Source: an uncultured Elusimicrobia bacterium
GTDB lineage: Bacteria; Elusimicrobiota; Elusimicrobia; 2-01-FULL-59-12
Length of the DNA stretch: 64,000 nt
Assembly: GCA_963702895.1 (NCBI GenBank)
Contig: OY969767.1
Coordinates: forward strand, 2,432,001-2,496,000
Direction: 5' to 3'
Under the pieces are notes generated by a model. The model did not search any database and was not told the origin of the DNA. It saw only the letters and a program-made list of their open reading frames with translations. The position numbers were made by a program, and so were the translations under genes. Within the stretch, counting starts at the first letter, position 1; each line of letters begins with the position of its first letter. Of this stretch, positions 48,153-56,610 are shown one piece after another.

Positions 48153-49219
48153 CGAAACTGCAGGGGGCTTTCATCGGCTTTGGCAAGACCGCGGAACTGG
48201 GGCACTGGCCTTCTTACACCCGCTCCTCGGACGCGGAAATTGTGGCCGTCATGGACCCCGCGCCGGCCCGCCAGCAGGCAGCACGCGTTCTTGATCCTCG
48301 CTTGCGTGTGTACGGCTCGGTGGAGGAGCTTTTCCGGACCGTGGAGCTCGATTTTGTCGATATCTGCGCGCCTCCTTCCTTTCACGCGCCCCTCGCACTC
48401 GAGGCCCTGGAGCATCGGTGTCATGTCTTGTGCGAAAAACCCTTGACCTTGAAACCTTCGGAGTATGGGGCGCTCTCCCAGGCCATGAATCGTCATGGCC
48501 GGACGGTCTTTACCGTACACAACTGGAAGTTCGCGCCCATCTTTCAAAAGGCGCTCTCGCTCATCCAGGAAGGTCGGATTGGACCGGTGTGGCATGTGGA
48601 GATCTTCACCCTGCGCGACAACGCATGCAAAGGATCAGAATCGGCGGCGCAAAGAGCGGATTGGCGAAAAAGTATGGCGGTGGCGGGCGGCGGGATTTTG
48701 GTGGACCATGGATGGCATTCGTTCTACCTTCTCTTAAACCTGGTCAACGCCGAGCCGCAGAAAATCCTCGCCAAGATGCTCAAAGATCGGGAGGATCCGG
48801 AGAGCCTGGAGGAAGCAGTCCAAGCGCTGGTGCAATTCCCGGAAGCCCATGGCTACCTCCACCTGACTTGGTGTGCCCCCACGCGTCGGAACCATGTCCT
48901 GGTTCAGGGACAAAAGGGAATACTCCTGATCGACGATGACCGACTTCTCCTCACGACGCGTGACGGCCAGCGAGAGGAAGCCCACTTTGACGCCCCGCTC
49001 TCCGCCGGATCGCATCATGCGGATTGGTTTCAAGCGCTTTTACCGGAGTTTGTCGCTGAAATCAACATTCCCTCCAAACGCGGCACCAACTTCAAGGAGG
49101 CGGGCTGGTGCCTGGCACTGACGTCGGCCGCCTATCAATCGAACCTCCAAGGTTTTAAAGAGGTCTCGGTCGACTTTCCTGGCACCTTCAACGCGCCAGT
49201 CGCTCAAGAAAGCGGCTGA
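48149..49219 (+). CDS. Gfo/Idh/MocA family oxidoreductase
   Basis: IGFGK, HVLCEKPL, GGGILVDHGWH. Confidence 0.92.
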   Translation: MTKLQGAFIGFGKTAELGHWPSYTRSSDAEIVAVMDPAPARQQAARVLDPRLRVYGSVEELFRTVELDFVDICAPPSFHAPLALEALEHRCHVLCEKPLTLKPSEYGALSQAMNRHGRTVFTVHNWKFAPIFQKALSLIQEGRIGPVWHVEIFTLRDNACKGSESAAQRADWRKSMAVAGGGILVDHGWHSFYLLLNLVNAEPQKILAKMLKDREDPESLEEAVQALVQFPEAHGYLHLTWCAPTRRNHVLVQGQKGILLIDDDRLLLTTRDGQREEAHFDAPLSAGSHHADWFQALLPEFVAEINIPSKRGTNFKEAGWCLALTSAAYQSNLQGFKEVSVDFPGTFNAPVAQESG

Positions 49220-50302
49220 TCAGTTCGGAGGCGGGGAGGTGGGTTTGAATTTGGACAGACGCCAGAAGATCCAGAGGCCAGCGCAGTTCCAGAAGATTTC
49301 ACGAACACGTCGTATGAGAGCCACCGACACACCCAACGCAGGAGGAAGCCCCAGAGCGGCCGCCGCGAGATAGTGCCCTCCTTCATAAAGACCGATCCCC
49401 GCGGGGGCAAAAAGTCCGACGACGGCAGCCAGTTGTGCCATGGCCCCCACATACCAAGCTTCACGCCAATTGACCGCGTGACCGATTAGGCGGAAGATGA
49501 TCGCCACTTCGAGGGCCCCGGCCACCCAACCCGCACTGTGCCACAACGTGCTTCCCAAGAACCGGAGTTTGCCTTCTCGGTAGAAGGCCCCGATGGAATC
49601 ATCCAGAGCGTTGAGCTTTCCTTCCTGTTTCTTCAGCCAGGGGTGCCCGGTGAGATTGTGAAGCCACGCCCCTATCCGACTCAACGACCGGCTGGCCAAA
49701 AGAAAAGTAAAGATCATAATGCCCAGACACAAGGCCATGAGCGCGATGAGCGTTTTAGGGTGATGGGCGAGTCCCGGTTGTCCGCGTTGCGTGCCGAGCG
49801 TTAGTCCGACGCCTACAAAAAGCACCAGTCCTATGCTTTGCGCGGCTTTTGCGATCAGGACAGAAGACGCCGCTTCGCGCAAGGGGACCCACCGGGATAA
49901 GAGCTGCGCTTTTAAGGGCTCGCCACCGACATAACCAGAGGGCAAAAGAGAATTAAAAGTTTCGCCGGAGAGGCGGATCTGCAATAACCGCAAGAGAGGC
50001 TGATTGGCATATTCCTGATGCAGCGCCATGCGCCACCCTTGAGTGTTGAGCAGATTCCAGCTCACAGCATAAACAATCACCAGGAGGTAGCCCCAGCCGA
50101 TCATGCCAAGGGAATGTTGGATCTGCTGCCATCCCACTTCGTGGATGAGAAAAACGACGATCGCCACTCCGATCAGAACACCCAAAGCGCGGAGGAGGGT
50201 CATGAAGCGACTTTTCCGAGGATCAGGCTCGCCCAGAAGTTGATGGTAGATAGCCCTCAGCGACACTAAAAACGCGATACCTAGGGGCGCGTGAACAGGC
50301 AT
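49220..50302 (-). CDS. Lysylphosphatidylglycerol synthase TM region/flippase-like protein (start may be 50203)
   Basis: Multi-TM; GETFNSLLP..VGGEPLKA, PAGIGLYEG, RRVRE. Confidence 0.85.
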   Translation of the reverse strand: MPVHAPLGIAFLVSLRAIYHQLLGEPDPRKSRFMTLLRALGVLIGVAIVVFLIHEVGWQQIQHSLGMIGWGYLLVIVYAVSWNLLNTQGWRMALHQEYANQPLLRLLQIRLSGETFNSLLPSGYVGGEPLKAQLLSRWVPLREAASSVLIAKAAQSIGLVLFVGVGLTLGTQRGQPGLAHHPKTLIALMALCLGIMIFTFLLASRSLSRIGAWLHNLTGHPWLKKQEGKLNALDDSIGAFYREGKLRFLGSTLWHSAGWVAGALEVAIIFRLIGHAVNWREAWYVGAMAQLAAVVGLFAPAGIGLYEGGHYLAAAALGLPPALGVSVALIRRVREIFWNCAGLWIFWRLSKFKPTSPPPN

Positions 50303-50346
50303 GGGGAGATTCTACGGCATCCGTCAAATTTAATAAACGGCAAACT

Positions 50347-50416
50347 TCGTAAATCGTGAATCGTAAATAGTTTGTGGGGACGGCCTCGTAAACCATTCAC
50401 TATTCACCATTCACGA
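50347..50416. repeat. Inverted heptamer-array element (TCGTRAA type), intergenic
   Basis: tcgtaaa tcgtgaa tcgtaaa tagt ... accattc actattc accattc acga. Confidence 0.75.
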
Positions 50417-50509
50417 TGTATGCCGTTCCCACAGCAGAAACCCCTTTCCGCAGCCCGTATACTTCAGACTGGGGAAAGGGGCTCTGGGTGTGACGTGGTA
50501 TGGAATGGA

Positions 50510-50731
50510 TTACCTTCTCTTCATCTTGGCGCGAGACACATCGCCCGCCTTGTCCAAGAAGTAGAGATAGCCCGCAGCTTTCTTTACTCCGACTTTCGCG
50601 ACTTTCTCTGGCTTGCCGCCCTTTTTACCACCACGTGCCATCTTCGCACGGGAGACATCCCCTTGCTTGTCGATGAAATAAAGGTAGCCGTCCTGTCGCT
50701 TCACGCCTGCTTTCGCCACTTTTTCTGCCAT
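50510..50731 (-). CDS. Small basic protein made of two tandem copies of one motif; candidate nucleoid-associated protein
   Basis: EKVAK.GVK...GYLYF.DK.GDVSRAKM twice; GGGAGG RBS; TTGACA-18-TAGAAT upstream; GC-rich hairpin downstream. Confidence 0.8.
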   Translation of the reverse strand: MAEKVAKAGVKRQDGYLYFIDKQGDVSRAKMARGGKKGGKPEKVAKVGVKKAAGYLYFLDKAGDVSRAKMKRR

Positions 50732-50782
50732 GTTGTTGTCACCTCCCTCGTCAGTAAGATGGGAATATTTTAAAGCGGATTC

Positions 50783-50812
50783 ATTCTATACCGTCGACAA
50801 AGAATCTGTCAA
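50783..50812 (-). promoter_or_regulatory. Sigma70-type promoter for the small basic protein
   Basis: TTGACA-18 nt-TAGAAT on the minus strand. Confidence 0.55.
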
Positions 50813-50901
50813 CACTAATTTTCCGACGAAAGAGAATAGAGGCGTTACGGGAGAGTTTTTGGGCTCCTCTTTTGCCGCGGGGAGGGCTCTGAGCGCCTCT
50901 C

Positions 50902-51315
50902 TTATGATGAAAGCAACTCCTTGAGAGTCTTCCATTGGTTCGCGGTCACAGGCTGAACGGAGAGCCGGCTGTTTTTGAGAAGGACCATCTCAGAGAGCGC
51001 AGGGAGCTGCTTGATCTGATCGAGACTCAGCGGCCTGGCAAAGGTTTTCTTATAGCGCACATCCACTTGATCCCAACACGACCCCTCGGCTGTCGTGTCG
51101 GGATAGGCTTCACGGGTGATTTCCATGAGACCGACGATGGCGGGGGGCCTGGCGCTGGAGTGATAAAAGAAGGCGAGGTCTCCCCGACGCATGGCACGCA
51201 AGAATTTGCGCGCCTGATAGTTGCGAACGCCCTCCCAGCCCGCGACACGGCTGCGGCGCAGGTCTTCAATCGAGAAGACATTCGGCTCCGACTTCATCAA
51301 CCAATAGGCCATCAA
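50902..51315 (-). CDS. EVE domain protein
   Basis: YWLMKSEP..FS, WEGVRNYQAR, FFYHS, RLSVQPV. Confidence 0.95.
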   Translation of the reverse strand: MMAYWLMKSEPNVFSIEDLRRSRVAGWEGVRNYQARKFLRAMRRGDLAFFYHSSARPPAIVGLMEITREAYPDTTAEGSCWDQVDVRYKKTFARPLSLDQIKQLPALSEMVLLKNSRLSVQPVTANQWKTLKELLSS

Positions 51316-51366
51316 AAACGAGGGGAGAAAGGAATTCGCCTTCCCGTCTCCCCTCGTGATACTCCT

Positions 51367-51528
51367 TTAGCTCCGGTGTTTCTCAACAAACTTCCTTATG
51401 TCTTCCACGTGCTCCAAAATCAGCCGGGCTTTTTTAAGGCCAAACTGAAACGGGAACTTATCTTCCGGGGCATGGCGAATAATAAGCATCGCATTGCCCC
51501 GGTAGTCACCTTCCATGATTTCAGACAT
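51367..51528 (-). CDS. Small hypothetical protein, 53 aa (absent from the ORF track)
   Basis: MSEIMEGDYRGNAMLIIRHAPEDKFPFQFGLKKARLILEHVEDIRKFVEKHRS; AAAGGAGG RBS upstream. Confidence 0.8.
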   Translation of the reverse strand: MSEIMEGDYRGNAMLIIRHAPEDKFPFQFGLKKARLILEHVEDIRKFVEKHRS

Positions 51529-51608
51529 GTCCGCATCCTCCTTTATGAGATGTGCCTCATAAGCTTAGATGCAGAATTTCAAAAAATATTCACGCCTCCG
51601 ACGACAAT

Positions 51609-51872
51609 CTAGTGCAGGAGCTCCCTGGCGGCCGACCAGACCAGGACGAGAGCGACTGCGATGGCCATGGCGTAGCCCACCCAGAGAAGGCCTGTCAAGG
51701 CGGCCTTCCAAGGCGAAGCGGCGGACAATGGCTCCGCCCCAATCCCTTCACTGGCGATGGTATCAAACAGAAATTCCCGCCCTGGTGATGTGCTCTCCGA
51801 TGGAGCTTGCGCGATGTCTGGAGTGTGTACTTCTTGTTCCGGTGCGAGAGTCGACGTCCCTTGGTCTCCCAT
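51609..51872 (-). CDS. Hypothetical protein with C-terminal TM helix
   Basis: GGGAGG RBS before ATG 51872; hydrophobic C-terminus. Confidence 0.55.
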   Translation of the reverse strand: MGDQGTSTLAPEQEVHTPDIAQAPSESTSPGREFLFDTIASEGIGAEPLSAASPWKAALTGLLWVGYAMAIAVALVLVWSAARELLH

Positions 51873-52143
51873 GTGGTCTACCTCCCGACGTATATTAAAG
51901 CGCTCTTCGAAGAGGAATGCAACTCGAAGCTGGCCGTTTTTAAGGCCCCCCTGACCACCCTGAGGCGCGAAGCGAACGCACCGCCAATAAGGCTTTTTAA
52001 GCGCCGTTGCGGCAACCGTGAACTTGCCAATATGCATCTATTTCTAGATGTCTTTTTGAATTTTATGTTTCTGACTGTTAAGGCATTTGCAGGGCGAAAC
52101 CAGATCTTGCGCCTCTTTTGATCTGCTCCTACATTGGAGCGTT

Positions 52144-52965
52144 ATGAAAAAAATATTCTGGGTCGCAGGGGTCTTCGCGCTGAGCTTGCCGATCGCGCGA
52201 GCGGAGTATAAACCCGCCTTCCAAGAAGGCGAGGACCTGACCTTTGCGATCCGCTGGGGTGTGATCACCGGCGGCTACGCGACACTGAGCGTTCCATCCA
52301 TCGATCTCATCGGCGAGCAGAAAGCTTTTCATATCCTTTCGAAAGCCCAGTCCACGGGTTTCGTGGACACCTTCTATAAGGTCAGAGATATCAACGAAGC
52401 GTGGATGGACACGGAGCGCCCGCGTTCTCTGCGCTACTCAAAAAATATAAACGAGGGCAGCTACCGTGTCGATCAGAGTGTCGAGCTTGACCACGAAAAC
52501 CTTACGTTTCGCATGACCGAGGTCCGACACGACAAAAACGGCGAGAAGGTGGAAAAGACGGGGGACATCTCGCCGGATGTGCTGGACGTTCTCTCAAGCC
52601 TCTACTATATCCGGTCCCTTCCTTTAGAGGTCGGAAAATCCTTCACGATGGATGTCCATTCTGGGAAAAAAACCTGGCCGCTTGTCGTCAAAGTGAAGAA
52701 GATGGAGAAAGTCCGGGTCAAGGCGGGCAAATTCTTATGTTACCGGGTTGAGCCCGTGCTTCGAGGGCCCGGTATTTTTGTCAGCAAAGCTAAAAAGATG
52801 GAAGTTTGGCTCACGGCCGATGGCCCCCATATGCCGGTGCTCATGCGTTCCGAGATCTTCATCGGACATGTCTCGGCGGAGCTCGTCAAGCATAAGATTC
52901 CGCCAGCCCCCGAAACGCCGCCCGACCTCGCCACCGCTCTTGTGTCACCCCCTCATCACCTCTAA
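52144..52965 (+). CDS. DUF3108-like exported protein
   Basis: Signal peptide; GEDLTF.IRWG, FYKVRD, DVLSSLYYIR, VKAGKF.C, VWLTAD..HMPV. Confidence 0.85.
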   Translation: MKKIFWVAGVFALSLPIARAEYKPAFQEGEDLTFAIRWGVITGGYATLSVPSIDLIGEQKAFHILSKAQSTGFVDTFYKVRDINEAWMDTERPRSLRYSKNINEGSYRVDQSVELDHENLTFRMTEVRHDKNGEKVEKTGDISPDVLDVLSSLYYIRSLPLEVGKSFTMDVHSGKKTWPLVVKVKKMEKVRVKAGKFLCYRVEPVLRGPGIFVSKAKKMEVWLTADGPHMPVLMRSEIFIGHVSAELVKHKIPPAPETPPDLATALVSPPHHL

Positions 52966-53046
52966 TCAGTCATTGCCAACCCCGGTCAATTAGAAGTAGT
53001 ATTTAGGCGAGGGGTCAGTTCCTTATCATTCGAGACTGGATGAGCC

Positions 53047-54042
53047 ATGAGCGAAGCGTTATCGGACACCCCCATTGACCCTACCCAGGATGACCTAGCT
53101 ACCAAGCTTCAACAAGTCCCTATCCGTCTCATCAGGCCGTCCCCTCACCAGGCGCGCAAACACTTTGAGGAAGAAAGTCTTTGGAAGCTGGCAGAGTCTC
53201 TCCGGCAGGAAGGGCTGATTCAGCCGATCACCGTGAGGCGTCTTCTGCCGATGGCTGGCGATCGGGAAGACCCTGGGTATGAGCTCGTCTCCGGAGAAAG
53301 ACGCCTGAGGGCTGCCAAACTTTTGAAGTGGGAATCGATCGAGGCCCGTGTGATCTCCGTGATCAGCGAAGGAGAGGTCGCCGCCAAAGGGCTCATCGAG
53401 AATCTTCAGAGGGAGGATTTAAACCCCCTTGAAGAGTCCGAAGGCTTCGCGCAGCTCAATACGGTCGATCCCACTTACTGGACCCATGAGCGAATCGCTC
53501 AAGTCACAGGGAAAAGCAGGGTCTACATTACTCAATCCCTGTCGCTTTTGCGTCTACCCGAAGCCATTCGGGAGGATGTTCGCCGGCGAACATACAGTCG
53601 CGCACACGCGCTCGAAATCGCAAGACTCCCAGGATCGACGCTTCAGCTCGCCGTTTCCAAAATGATCCGGGACCGACTGACCCGAGAGCAAACCCGGAAG
53701 CTCGTCGATTCAATTCTGTGCGGCAAGTGCCAGCCCCTGCTGGGGCCATCCGGGACATCAGGGACACCCAACGTCTTGAAGCAGATGCGTGACCCGCTGG
53801 CAGATTTATGGCCGGAATTCACGACCAATCCCTGGATCACAGAACCCGGCTCCATTAAGGTCAAATATTTAGGCAACTGGAAATGGTCCTTTGAAATTCC
53901 AGGGCCGGAAGTGAGTTCGGACAAGCTCTCTGAGCTTGAACTCAAGGTTTCTCTACGGAGTTGGCTTTCGAAACTCCTCACGCGCATGGGACGCTCCCTG
54001 GCTTTTAGTCAAGAGACCCCAACCACCACGACCCCAAAGTAA
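53047..54042 (+). CDS. ParB/RepB/Spo0J family protein (no adjacent parA)
   Basis: PSPHQARKHF, GLIQPI.VR, LVSGERRLRAA, ENLQREDLNPLEE, HTH. Confidence 0.88.
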   Translation: MSEALSDTPIDPTQDDLATKLQQVPIRLIRPSPHQARKHFEEESLWKLAESLRQEGLIQPITVRRLLPMAGDREDPGYELVSGERRLRAAKLLKWESIEARVISVISEGEVAAKGLIENLQREDLNPLEESEGFAQLNTVDPTYWTHERIAQVTGKSRVYITQSLSLLRLPEAIREDVRRRTYSRAHALEIARLPGSTLQLAVSKMIRDRLTREQTRKLVDSILCGKCQPLLGPSGTSGTPNVLKQMRDPLADLWPEFTTNPWITEPGSIKVKYLGNWKWSFEIPGPEVSSDKLSELELKVSLRSWLSKLLTRMGRSLAFSQETPTTTTPK

Positions 54043-54176
54043 CGTACGGTTCTTCCTCCAGCGGGATATGCACACAAGACACACCGCCCATCACACCCTG
54101 AAGTGCGCGGGCTCAAGAATCAACTTTTCTCTAGAATTAGAAGGAAAATTGCTTGATTTCTCGGTGATGGCCTGCT

Positions 54177-55358
54177 ATGGAACATGAGGTAGCTCTCATG
54201 ACTGTCGCATACTCACAATTCAAGGTGCAAAACAGACTGGCCCAAATGGGTGTCCTCTTGGCCAGCGAACAGCATCTGCCCAAACTCTATGATCTGATCG
54301 TCCGCGAGAGTATGGCCCTGACCAATGCTCAGGTCGGTTCCATTCTGATTCGAGAAGGAGACTTTCTTTTGCCTGCTGCCACGCGCTCGGAGCTTCCTCT
54401 GGATGGCCAGGAGCTGAAATCCTATTCCTTGTCTCGCTTCGCCCGCAAGGAGGAAGGCCTCTTTCATACGATTTTAGACAACAGCATGAGTCTCAACTTT
54501 TCAGATCTTCACATGCAGCCGGAAGGGCGGCCGGCCGCCCTTTGGCCGGAATTATCTCTCTTCACGGCCCGAGCGTTTCAGTCTCTTCTTGCCTTGCCGC
54601 TCCATACCCCCCAGAGCGGTCAAATGGGGATCCTTTTGCTGTTGAACGCGAGGTCCTATGACGGAGAAGTGGGGCCTTTCGATCCGCAAATCGAAGAACT
54701 GATGATGGCTGTTTCCGCCCAGGCGTCGCTCGCCATTCAAAATGTCCGCTGGAGCAAGCAACTTCATCAGGCCTATCAAGACACGCTCTACCGCCTGTCC
54801 CTGGTCGCCAAATACCGTGAAGACCCCAGCGGCGCCCAGATCCGCAGGATCAGCCAGTACTCCGCGATTCTTTCTGAAGCCCTGGGATTTCCCGAAGAGC
54901 GCGTGGACAAAATCAGGGTGGCAAGCGCCCTCTACGATATTGGCAAGCTGGGCATCCCGGAGGCGATTCTCCTGAAGCCCGGCCGTCTCACGCCGGAGGA
55001 GTTTGATCGCATGAAGCAGCACACGACGCTGGGCGCCGTCATCCTCGGAGGGTCGCAAACAGAAATCCTCCAGATCGCAGAGAAAATCGCGCTCACGCAT
55101 CATGAGAAATTTGATGGTTCCGGATACCCCAACGGGCAGGCCGGTCTTGAAATTCCTCTGGAAGGACGGATCGTCGCCCTGGCTGAAGTCTTCGACGCGT
55201 TGACCAGCGCCCGCCCTTACAAAAACCCCATGACCTTTGAGCAAGCGGTGGAAACCATCCGATCAGAATCCGGCAAACACTTTGATCCCACCCTCGTGGA
55301 CGTCTTTCTCAAGTCGGCGGAAGGGTTTAAAGCGGTCTTGCCAACACCCAAAGAATAA
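54177..55358 (+). CDS. GAF + HD-GYP domain protein with degenerate metal ligands
   Basis: GAF-like N-terminus; LYDIGK, HHEKFDGSGYP, AEVFDAL..RPYK, GKHFDP. Confidence 0.88.
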   Translation: MEHEVALMTVAYSQFKVQNRLAQMGVLLASEQHLPKLYDLIVRESMALTNAQVGSILIREGDFLLPAATRSELPLDGQELKSYSLSRFARKEEGLFHTILDNSMSLNFSDLHMQPEGRPAALWPELSLFTARAFQSLLALPLHTPQSGQMGILLLLNARSYDGEVGPFDPQIEELMMAVSAQASLAIQNVRWSKQLHQAYQDTLYRLSLVAKYREDPSGAQIRRISQYSAILSEALGFPEERVDKIRVASALYDIGKLGIPEAILLKPGRLTPEEFDRMKQHTTLGAVILGGSQTEILQIAEKIALTHHEKFDGSGYPNGQAGLEIPLEGRIVALAEVFDALTSARPYKNPMTFEQAVETIRSESGKHFDPTLVDVFLKSAEGFKAVLPTPKE

Positions 55359-55415
55359 CCGGAAATCTTCGGTTCATTCTGCCTCATCGTCTGAACTCGA
55401 TGCACTTTTTTGTGC

Positions 55416-55486
55416 CGTCACCCCGGCGAAAGCCGGGGTCCAGTTCAACGACGATGGACTGGATCCCGGTTTTCACCGGGATGACG
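55416..55486. repeat. CGTC-type palindromic element (intergenic)
   Basis: cgtcaccccggcgaaagccggggtccagt...actggatcccggttttcaccgggatgacg. Confidence 0.9.
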
Positions 55487-55546
55487 ACAACTGCAGATTC
55501 CCGGATAACGTCCTTCCGAAGCCAGCTTGATAGAATAGTGTTGTCC

Positions 55547-56149
55547 GTGAAAAATGCGCTTGCAGCGTGTTGTGCTATTTTCCTCTTTGGAGCATTGACC
55601 ATGATCGACGCCAAAACGAAAAAAGATTTCATGACGGCCACTTTTGCAGGCGGATGTTTTTGGTGCATGCAGCCGCCCTTTGAGCAGCTCCAGGGGGTCG
55701 TCTCTGTGAAGGTCGGCTATACAGGAGGCCTTCGGGACAATCCCACTTACGAGGAAGTCTCCTCAGGCGCGACAGGGCATACAGAGGCCGTCCAAGTCGT
55801 CTATGACCCTGCGAAAATTGCGTACGAAAAGATGTTGGACGTGTTCTGGCGCAATATTGACCCGACCACGGAAGACGCACAGTTTTCTGACCAGGGCACA
55901 CAGTACCGTACCGCGATCTTCTATCACACGCAGGAGCAAAAGCGCTTGGCGGAGGCATCCAAAGAAAAGCTGGCGCGCTCGGGCAAATTTCGGGACCCCC
56001 TTGTCACCCGCATTGAGCCCGCTTCAAAGTTTTACGCCGCAGAGGATTACCATCAGGACTACTACAAAAAGAACCCGCTACGCTATAACGCTTACAAGGC
56101 GGGTTCCGGCCGTCAGACGTTTATCGAGAAAAACTGGGAGAAAAAGTAA
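55547..56149 (+). CDS. msrA: Peptide methionine sulfoxide reductase A, exported; start approximate
   Basis: FAGGCFWC, PTYEEV..G.TGH.E, QYRTAIFY, AEDYHQDYY. Confidence 0.96.
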   Translation: MKNALAACCAIFLFGALTMIDAKTKKDFMTATFAGGCFWCMQPPFEQLQGVVSVKVGYTGGLRDNPTYEEVSSGATGHTEAVQVVYDPAKIAYEKMLDVFWRNIDPTTEDAQFSDQGTQYRTAIFYHTQEQKRLAEASKEKLARSGKFRDPLVTRIEPASKFYAAEDYHQDYYKKNPLRYNAYKAGSGRQTFIEKNWEKK

Positions 56150-56163
56150 GGGGCAGGTAAAAA

Positions 56164-56577
56164 TTACTGTTCGAGTTTTCGGTACTCCGCGACTTTCTTG
56201 TTGTATTCCTCCGCCATCTTGGTAAATTTCTCGCGCTCCGCGCGTTGTTCCGCCGCAAGCTTATTAAATTCCGCGACCGCCGCTTTGCCGCTCTTGTACT
56301 CCCCCATCTCAATGGCCGCGCGCCTTGCCTCGACGCGCTGGGTGAGCTCGCCCAGCTTTTCACGCTGGGCCTTGAGGGCTTCTTCGTCCGCGGTGAGTTC
56401 CTTGTCCAAGGCGCTGAGGACCTGCTCGCGCACTTGATCGCTCTTCTTCTGCTGGGTAATCCAATAGCCAAGCGCGATGAACACAATAAAAGTGACGATG
56501 GCCGCGATGATCCCTAACGGCCTCTGCCGGGAGGGTTGTTCATCGCTGATGCCTGGAATGTCGTCTTGGTCCGCCAT
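56164..56577 (-). CDS. Hypothetical single-TM coiled-coil protein
   Basis: TM helix followed by heptad-rich helix. Confidence 0.7.
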   Translation of the reverse strand: MADQDDIPGISDEQPSRQRPLGIIAAIVTFIVFIALGYWITQQKKSDQVREQVLSALDKELTADEEALKAQREKLGELTQRVEARRAAIEMGEYKSGKAAVAEFNKLAAEQRAEREKFTKMAEEYNKKVAEYRKLEQ

Positions 56578-56610
56578 AGCCCTGGCATTTATGTTACAAA
56601 TTCTTTTGCC

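Noticed and set aside
50438..50485. Further CANACNNCNG hairpin copy (loop tatacttcag)
   Set aside because: Mismatch at the first motif position and an irregular stem; more simply a terminator-like hairpin for the small basic protein gene.
51900..52040. Structured ncRNA or c-di-GMP/SAH riboswitch
   Set aside because: Only fragmentary motif resemblance, with no complete consensus fold.
55400..55546. N-terminal extension of MsrA
   Set aside because: Derived from the palindromic element; the signal-peptide-like sequence begins downstream.
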